Shown here one piece after another: positions 58,134 through 64,000 of a stretch of 64,000 nucleotides of DNA (within the stretch, counting starts at the first letter, position 1; every line of letters starts with the position of its first letter). The notes under the pieces are model-generated. The model was given only the letters and a program-made list of their open reading frames with translations, did no database searches and was not told where the DNA came from. This DNA is from Alphaproteobacteria bacterium (GTDB lineage Bacteria > Pseudomonadota > Alphaproteobacteria > GCA-2731375), in NCBI GenBank assembly GCA_965232515.1, contig CBDDPY010000002.1:5952001-6016000 (forward strand). The letters run 5' to 3'. A program made the translations under genes and the position numbers.

Positions 58134-58604
58134 GTGTCAGATGGGATCGATGTCCGCGATCTCGCCGACCGCCCCGACGACGTGCCGACATTCGCGGCCT
58201 GGCTGAACCGGGAGTGGGGTCATCACGGCGGTCTCACGCTTGCCGACAGTGCGGCGCGGCTGCGCGGCTATCTGAACCGGGATCGCATACCGCTGGCGCT
58301 GGCGGCTTATGTCGGCGGCCAGCCGGCTGGGATCGTCATTCTGCGGGACCATGACCTCGCCAGCCGGCCCGATTTGAAGCCCTGGCTCAGCTCGCTGTTC
58401 GTGGCGCCCGAATTCCGCCGGCAGGGCGTCGGTTCGGCCTTGATGCGGGCCGCCGAGGCGCGGGCGCGGCGTATCGGCCTCGACGGCCTCTATCTCTACA
58501 CGCGTCACCAGGTGGCGCTCTACGGCAGCCTCGGCTGGGAAATCATCGGCGAGGAAGAGGACGGTGGCCGGCCCACAACGCTGATGCAAAAACCATTGTG
58601 CTGA
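58134..58604 (+). CDS. GNAT family N-acetyltransferase
   Basis: PWLSSLFV.PEFRRQGVG, LYLYT, YGSLGW. Confidence 0.88.
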   Translation: MSDGIDVRDLADRPDDVPTFAAWLNREWGHHGGLTLADSAARLRGYLNRDRIPLALAAYVGGQPAGIVILRDHDLASRPDLKPWLSSLFVAPEFRRQGVGSALMRAAEARARRIGLDGLYLYTRHQVALYGSLGWEIIGEEEDGGRPTTLMQKPLC

Positions 58605-58608
58605 CGTT

Positions 58609-60156
58609 TCAGGGGCGGGTGCCGAAGGACGGGCGGCCGGGTGTGCGCAGCGGCGCGGCGAGGTTGGCGAACTCGCAGAGCAGCGGCCTTGTGTCGCGGG
58701 GGTCGATGATTTCCTCGGCCATGAAGCTCTCGGCGGTACGGAACGGCGAGCGGAACTGGTCGAGGCGGGCTTCGATCTCGGCCAGTTTCGCGGCGGGATC
58801 GTCGGCGGCCTCGAGTTCGGCCTTGTAGGCGGCTTCCAGGCCGCCGGCGATGGGCAGCGAGCCCCAATCGCCCGACGGCCAGGCGTAACGCAGATTGAAG
58901 CGGCCGCTGTTCATGTGCGCGGCGCCGGCGACGCCGTAGACCTTGCGCACCAGCACCGCGCACCAGGGCACGGTCGCCTGGAACACTGCCGTCATGGCGC
59001 GGACGCCGTGGCGGATGGTGGCGGCTTCTTCCGCCTCGCGGCCGATCATGAATCCCGGAATGTCGACGAGATGCGCGACCGGCAAATGAAACGTCTCGGC
59101 CAGGTCGACAAAGCGCATGACCTTCTGGGCCGCGTCCGCCGACCAGGCGCCGCCGGCGAAATAGGGATCGCTCGCCATCACCGCGACCGGCCAGCCGTCG
59201 AGCCGGGCGAGGCCGGTGATCACCGACCGGCCCCACAGGCGGCCGATCTCCATGAACGAGCCGGCGTCGACCAGGGCCTCGACGATGCGGCGCATCTTGT
59301 AGACCTTGCGGGGGTCGCGCGGGATCGCGTCGATCAGCCAGTCCTCGCGGCGGCCGGGATCGTCGGTCGGCTCGACGCGCGGTGGCAGGTCGTGGACCGA
59401 CGCCGGCAGGTAGGAGAGGAAGCGGCGGGCGCGTTCGAAGGCGTCGGCCTCGCTCTCGGCCTCGTCGTCGACGGCGCCGTTGCGGGTGTGGATCTCGGCG
59501 CCGCCGAGCGCATTCTTGTCCAGGTCCTCGCCGACGCGAGCCACCACCGGCGGGCCGGCGACGAACATCTGCGAGGTCTCGCGCACCATCACCGAATAGT
59601 GGCTGGCGGCGACGCGGGCGGCGCCGAGGCCGGCGACCGAGCCGAGCGCCAGCGCCACGACCGGCACGGTCGACAGATTGTCGACGACCACGTCCCAGCC
59701 GCGCACGGCGGGGATATAGGTGCGGCCCGCCATCTCGATGGTCTTGACCGAGCCGCCGCCGCCGGTGCCGTCGACCAGCCGCACCATGGGCAGGCGCAGC
59801 TCGTTCGACATCTTCTCGACCTGGATCAGCTTCTCGCGGATGCCGGCATCGTTGGCGCCGCCGCGCACGGTGAAGTCGTCGCCGGCGATGACCACGGGCC
59901 GGCCGTCAAGCCGGGCCCGGCCGGTAGTCAGATTGGCCGGCTGGAACTCGGTCAGCTCTCCGGCGTCGTCGTAGGTGGCCTTGCCGGCGATGGCGCCGGT
60001 TTCATGGAAGCTGCCGGGATCGACCAGGGCGTCGACCCGCTCGCGCACGGTCAGCTTGCCGGCGTTGCGGTGCCGCGCGACCTTTTCGGGGCCGCCCATT
60101 TCGGCGGCAAGGCGCTCGCGCCGGCGCAGTTCGTCGATCTCGGATTGCCAGCTCAT
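58609..60156 (-). CDS. Acyl-CoA carboxylase carboxyltransferase (beta) subunit
   Basis: GKLTVRER, DDFTVRGG, GPPVV, LGGA, VDIPGFMIG, IIDPRDTR. Confidence 0.9.
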   Translation of the reverse strand: MSWQSEIDELRRRERLAAEMGGPEKVARHRNAGKLTVRERVDALVDPGSFHETGAIAGKATYDDAGELTEFQPANLTTGRARLDGRPVVIAGDDFTVRGGANDAGIREKLIQVEKMSNELRLPMVRLVDGTGGGGSVKTIEMAGRTYIPAVRGWDVVVDNLSTVPVVALALGSVAGLGAARVAASHYSVMVRETSQMFVAGPPVVARVGEDLDKNALGGAEIHTRNGAVDDEAESEADAFERARRFLSYLPASVHDLPPRVEPTDDPGRREDWLIDAIPRDPRKVYKMRRIVEALVDAGSFMEIGRLWGRSVITGLARLDGWPVAVMASDPYFAGGAWSADAAQKVMRFVDLAETFHLPVAHLVDIPGFMIGREAEEAATIRHGVRAMTAVFQATVPWCAVLVRKVYGVAGAAHMNSGRFNLRYAWPSGDWGSLPIAGGLEAAYKAELEAADDPAAKLAEIEARLDQFRSPFRTAESFMAEEIIDPRDTRPLLCEFANLAAPLRTPGRPSFGTRP

Positions 60157-60176
60157 GGCGGCCTCGGCCTCTGAAT

Positions 60177-61406
60177 TTAGGTGGCGGGGTTCGGACGGGC
60201 GTCCTTGGCGCCACTATAGACCAAGAGACCGAGGAACAGCATGCTGGCGATGAAGGCGAAGGCGAGGCGGTAGGCGATTTCCGGCGCCGAGCCGTCGGGT
60301 GCCGCGAAGACCTCGATAATGGCGCCGGTGAAGACGGGCAGAATGGCGGCGCCGACGACCTGGGCGATATTGACGGTGGTGACGCCGCGGCCGGCCAGGC
60401 GGTCGGGAAACAGGCTGCGGCCGTGCGCGACAATGACGATGCCGTAGGCGGTGACGTAGCAGAGTGCGATCAACAGGCCGACCGCCAGCCAGAGCGGCGG
60501 TTGCGGGATCAGCGCCAGCAGCGCCAGCACGCTGATGGTCAGCGCCGCGCCGGTCATGACGACGTGCTTGCGGGTGTTGAATACGCGGTCCATGGGTCCG
60601 TAGGTCAGGATCCCGATGACCTGGGCGACCGCCATGGAGAGCAGCACGTTGCCGCGCGCCACCGCGCCGAGCCCATGCACGTCGTGCAGATAGGGGCCGG
60701 CCCAGAGGCCGAGCACGGTCAGCATGCTGGCATAGGCGAAGGTGTGGATCGCCAGCACCCGCAGCAGCCCCGGCGTCTGCCAGACCTCGAGCACGCCGCG
60801 CAGGATGTCGGACAAGGCCTCGTTGGTGCCGGCTACGTCGTCGGCGCCTTCGGGATGATCCCGGACGACCGCGAAGAACAGTAAGCCGACCAGGGCCGTG
60901 ACGCTGGCGGCGGCGAAAAAGCCCCAACGCCAGCCGACCGCCTCGCTGACCGTCGCGAGCGGTGTCGCGGCCATGAAGGCGCCGAGATTGCTCATCGCGA
61001 AAACCCAACTCAGCACCGTAGTGAACCGGTCCGCGAACCAGCGCGAACACAGCACCACCGCGCCCATGAAGCTGCCGGCGCAGCCGAAGCCGATCAGCAA
61101 CCGAGCGAAGGCCAGGGTTTCGGCCGAGAAAGCGACGCCATGCAGCAGGGCGCCAATCACCGCGATAACCGTCAATCCGGTCACCGTCCACCGCGGTCCG
61201 TAGCGGTCGAAGGCCATGCCCACCGGGATCTGTGCGATTCCGAGAGCGAGGAAGAACGCGCCGTTGGCGATGCCGAGCTCGGCCGGCGTCAATCCGAGGT
61301 CACGGATCAGCTCCGGCCCGATCACGCCGTTTGACGTTCTGAAGAACTGACTGACGATGGTGATCGCCGCCAGCATGCCCAGCAAGGACAGACCGCCGCG
61401 AATCAT
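60177..61406 (-). CDS. MFS transporter
   Basis: QIPVG..FDRYGPR, GLWAGPYL; twelve TM helices. Confidence 0.9.
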   Translation of the reverse strand: MIRGGLSLLGMLAAITIVSQFFRTSNGVIGPELIRDLGLTPAELGIANGAFFLALGIAQIPVGMAFDRYGPRWTVTGLTVIAVIGALLHGVAFSAETLAFARLLIGFGCAGSFMGAVVLCSRWFADRFTTVLSWVFAMSNLGAFMAATPLATVSEAVGWRWGFFAAASVTALVGLLFFAVVRDHPEGADDVAGTNEALSDILRGVLEVWQTPGLLRVLAIHTFAYASMLTVLGLWAGPYLHDVHGLGAVARGNVLLSMAVAQVIGILTYGPMDRVFNTRKHVVMTGAALTISVLALLALIPQPPLWLAVGLLIALCYVTAYGIVIVAHGRSLFPDRLAGRGVTTVNIAQVVGAAILPVFTGAIIEVFAAPDGSAPEIAYRLAFAFIASMLFLGLLVYSGAKDARPNPAT

Positions 61407-61603
61407 TGGCAGTCGCCTTCCTGCCGGACGGCAACCCTGGATTGCCTCGGCACAAGCGCCGGCTTGCGGTCGGAAATCAGGCGCGGAGCGGGCATTGAGG
61501 GAGCACCAAATCGAGACAGGACAAGGAACATTTGCGGCTACGTTGGATCAAACCACACCATAGTCTAGCAATCGAATGCAAATACTTCTCTAAAACACAA
61601 AGA

Positions 61604-61649
61604 TGAATTAATTCAACCCCTGCGTTTATCAAGCGATGCAACGCACATC
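61604..61649. promoter_or_regulatory. Perfect palindrome plus PhaR-like box in a long AT-rich intergenic region
   Basis: TGAATTAATTCA (61604-61615); TGCAACGCA (61637-61645) in GATGCAACGCACAT context. Confidence 0.45.
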
Positions 61650-61862
61650 GTTGGATCCGGCGCGGCCCGGCAACTCCCCTATGTGCAAACCGCGAAGGCG
61701 GGGAAAATGCCAGTGACAAGGGCGTTGCCAACTTGAGGCCGCGGAAGCGGAGGACGACCGGCCGGCCGCCGGGTGGTATAAAATGCCGATTTCCTGCCAT
61801 TGCCCGGCCGGCTGACGGCCATTCCCGCTGGCGTGGCGCAACGCGGTTTTTGGGGGGTGCGG

Positions 61863-62684
61863 ATGCCCGGTGCGGATCAGATTTCGGTGAATACGGCGAC
61901 CTTGCGCGAGCAGTGGACGCTGCGCGAGTGCATCGAGGGCTGTGTGCGCCACGGCGTCGCGGGCATCGCGCCCTGGCGGGACAAGCTGGCGGAATGCGGC
62001 GTTTCGCAGGCGGCAGACCTGATCGCCGACCACGGCCTGACCGTGACGGGCCTGTGCCGCGGCGGCCTGTTTCCGGCCGCCGATGCCGCCGGCCGGCAGG
62101 CGGCGCTGGATGAGAACCGCCAGGCGGTGGACGAGGCCGCGGCGATCGACGCCCGCTGCCTGGTTCTGGTGGCCGGCGGCCTGCCGCCCGGCTCGAAGGA
62201 TATCGCCGGCGCCCGCGGCCAGGTGCGCGACGGCATCGCCGCCCTGCTGGAACATGCCCGCGCCGCCGATGTGCCGCTGGCGATCGAGCCGTTGCATCCG
62301 ATGTATGCGGCCGACCGCGCCTGCATTAACACAATGGCGCAGGCGAATGCGCTCTGCGACGAGCTGGGCGCGGGCCTGGGCATCGCGGTCGACGTCTATC
62401 ACGTCTGGTGGGACCCGGATCTGGCACGGGAGATCGCCCGCGCCGGCGACCGGATCCTCGCCTTCCATGTCTGCGACTGGCTGGTGCCGACGACCGACCT
62501 CCTGCTCGACCGCGGCATGATGGGCGACGGCGTGATCGACATTCCCGCCATTCGGACCATGGTCGAGGCGACGGGATTTCGCGGTCTGGCCGAGGTCGAG
62601 ATCTTCTCCGCCGAGAACTGGTGGCGTCGCGACGCCGACGAGGTGATGCGGACGATCGTCGAGCGCTGCCGGACGGCGGTCTGA
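61863..62684 (+). CDS. Sugar phosphate isomerase/epimerase (xylose-isomerase-like TIM barrel)
   Basis: IEPLHP, DVYHVWWD, FHVCDW, RGMMGDG, EVEIFS. Confidence 0.88.
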   Translation: MPGADQISVNTATLREQWTLRECIEGCVRHGVAGIAPWRDKLAECGVSQAADLIADHGLTVTGLCRGGLFPAADAAGRQAALDENRQAVDEAAAIDARCLVLVAGGLPPGSKDIAGARGQVRDGIAALLEHARAADVPLAIEPLHPMYAADRACINTMAQANALCDELGAGLGIAVDVYHVWWDPDLAREIARAGDRILAFHVCDWLVPTTDLLLDRGMMGDGVIDIPAIRTMVEATGFRGLAEVEIFSAENWWRRDADEVMRTIVERCRTAV

Positions 62685-62779
62685 AGGACACCTTCGCTCA
62701 CGCGACAATCGCGGGATTTTGACGTGCCAATTTGATGTCAGGCTTGGCGTTGGCGAGGCGGCGACACCAAGTCTGGGCC

Positions 62780-63631
62780 ATGTCTCGCTTGCCAAACCCG
62801 CGATTGCTTGTAGCCGGCGTTGCCGCCGTGCTGCTGTCCGCCTGCACCTCCGTCGAATCCGCCTTCGCGCCGGAGCCCGATCTCTGGCAACGCTGGGAGG
62901 CGCACGAACCGTCCTCGCGAGAGGTGGTCGACCATTCGGCCTGGGACCGACTGCTGCAGACCTATCTCAGCCGGGACGAGGACGGCGTAAACCGCTTCGC
63001 CTATGCCGAGATCAGCGCTGCCGACCGGCGGGCACTGGAGACCTACATCGCCGCGCTCAGCGCCTTGCCGATCAGCCGGTATCGGCGGCCCGAGCAGTTC
63101 GCCTATTGGGTCAATCTCTACAACGCGGCGACCGTGCGCGTGGTGCTGGAGCACTATCCCGTCGACACCATCCGGGACATCGACATTTCGCCGGGGATCG
63201 TCGCCGACGGGCCCTGGGGCCGGAAGCTGATTACCGTCGAGGGCGAGGCGCTGAGCCTGGACGACATCGAGCATCGCATCCTGCGGCCGATCTGGCGGGA
63301 TCCGCGCATCCACTACGCGGTGAACTGCGCCGCGGTCGGCTGCCCCAATCTGCAGCCGCGTGCGTTTACGGCCGAGAACGCCGAGTTCCTGCTCGCCGCT
63401 GGCGCCGAGGGCTATGTCAACGATCCGCGCGGCGTGACGGTGCAGGACGGCGGCCTCGTGGTATCCAGCATCTATGCCTGGTTCGAGGAGGATTTCGGCG
63501 GCGATGCGTCGGGCGTGCTGGCGCATCTCCGACTCTTCGCCCGACCCAAGCTGTTACGGCAGTTGGATCGGGGCGGCCGGATCAGGGGCTACGAATACGA
63601 CTGGTCGCTCAACGACCAGGCCGCTCGCTGA
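62780..63631 (+). CDS. DUF547 domain lipoprotein
   Basis: Lipobox LSAC; AYWVNLYNA, LDDIEH..LR, DPRIHYAVNCA..GCP, SSIY.WF..DF, YDWSLN. Confidence 0.88.
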   Translation: MSRLPNPRLLVAGVAAVLLSACTSVESAFAPEPDLWQRWEAHEPSSREVVDHSAWDRLLQTYLSRDEDGVNRFAYAEISAADRRALETYIAALSALPISRYRRPEQFAYWVNLYNAATVRVVLEHYPVDTIRDIDISPGIVADGPWGRKLITVEGEALSLDDIEHRILRPIWRDPRIHYAVNCAAVGCPNLQPRAFTAENAEFLLAAGAEGYVNDPRGVTVQDGGLVVSSIYAWFEEDFGGDASGVLAHLRLFARPKLLRQLDRGGRIRGYEYDWSLNDQAAR

Positions 63632-64000
63632 TGCGTCGTGAGTCGTAGAGCTTTGCCAGGCGGGCGGGCGGGACGCCGAGATGGAACAGCGCGTGTATTG
63701 CCAACCAGCCTGAGACGATACGAACCGGCGATCGGCCGGCGAAGCGGCGCGACGAAGTCAGCAGTGGCGGATCGTCGATGCAGCAGGTCCGGCCATACTT
63801 CTCCATGCGCCGATTGAAGTCATAGTCCTCCATCAGAGCGATGGGGCGGATGCCGCCCAGGGCGTCGTAGACGTGGCGGCGGACGAAGACGCCAGAATCG
63901 CCGTAGTAAAAGCCGTGTTGGCGGATCCAGGCGTAGAAGCGATCGAGCCAGCGGCTGAAGCCGTCATCGCCGTCGAACAGCAGCCGGAAGTTGCCGCCGA
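63609..64000 (-). CDS. GT2 glycosyltransferase (TIGR04283-like), C-terminal part; the gene starts beyond the window
   Basis: GGNFRL..., YYGDSGVFVRR..Y..LGG.....MED, TSSRR. Confidence 0.75.
   Translation of the reverse strand, partial: GGNFRLLFDGDDGFSRWLDRFYAWIRQHGFYYGDSGVFVRRHVYDALGGIRPIALMEDYDFNRRMEKYGRTCCIDDPPLLTSSRRFAGRSPVRIVSGWLAIHALFHLGVPPARLAKLYDSRRISERPGR

Noticed and set aside
58609-60156. Orphan carboxyltransferase as a novel system
   Set aside because: Dispersed carboxylase subunits are common in such genomes; the partners are probably elsewhere.
61683-61732. c-di-GMP-I (GEMM) riboswitch-like GCAAACCGCGAAGGCGGG
   Set aside because: It lacks the following GACGCAAAGC segment and a convincing second stem.

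Overview
A high-GC chromosomal segment, most likely from an alphaproteobacterium of Rhodospirillales-like type, judged from gene content, REP families and GANTC/PhaR-type motifs. It is densely coding, with about 65 real CDS. Most encode accessory catabolism and transport: tungstate ABC (tupBCA), two extradiol dioxygenases, three 2-hydroxyacid dehydrogenases, a CoA-transferase/CitE pair, three MFS transporters plus a fourth near the right end, and a TetR-controlled aliA/badH-like + Liv-ABC + Ltp2/DUF35 cluster. I see no rRNA, tRNA, CRISPR, integrase or transposase. The most notable items are: (1) a ~1.9 kb low-GC, integrase-free islet bounded by a 61-bp duplication of an acyl-CoA dehydrogenase 3' end, carrying two unknown genes (one soluble, one ~4-TM); (2) a CHASE2-only protein, a CHASE2 class III cyclase with atypical base-selecting residues, and an HD/PDE-like hydrolase side by side; (3) a DnaA-box/GANTC cluster in front of a small ORF; (4) two (CACAGAG)n inverted-repeat elements bracketing a patatin gene that has PhaR-like boxes; (5) at least four other REP-like families. 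All product calls come from motif recognition by eye, not from database searches.
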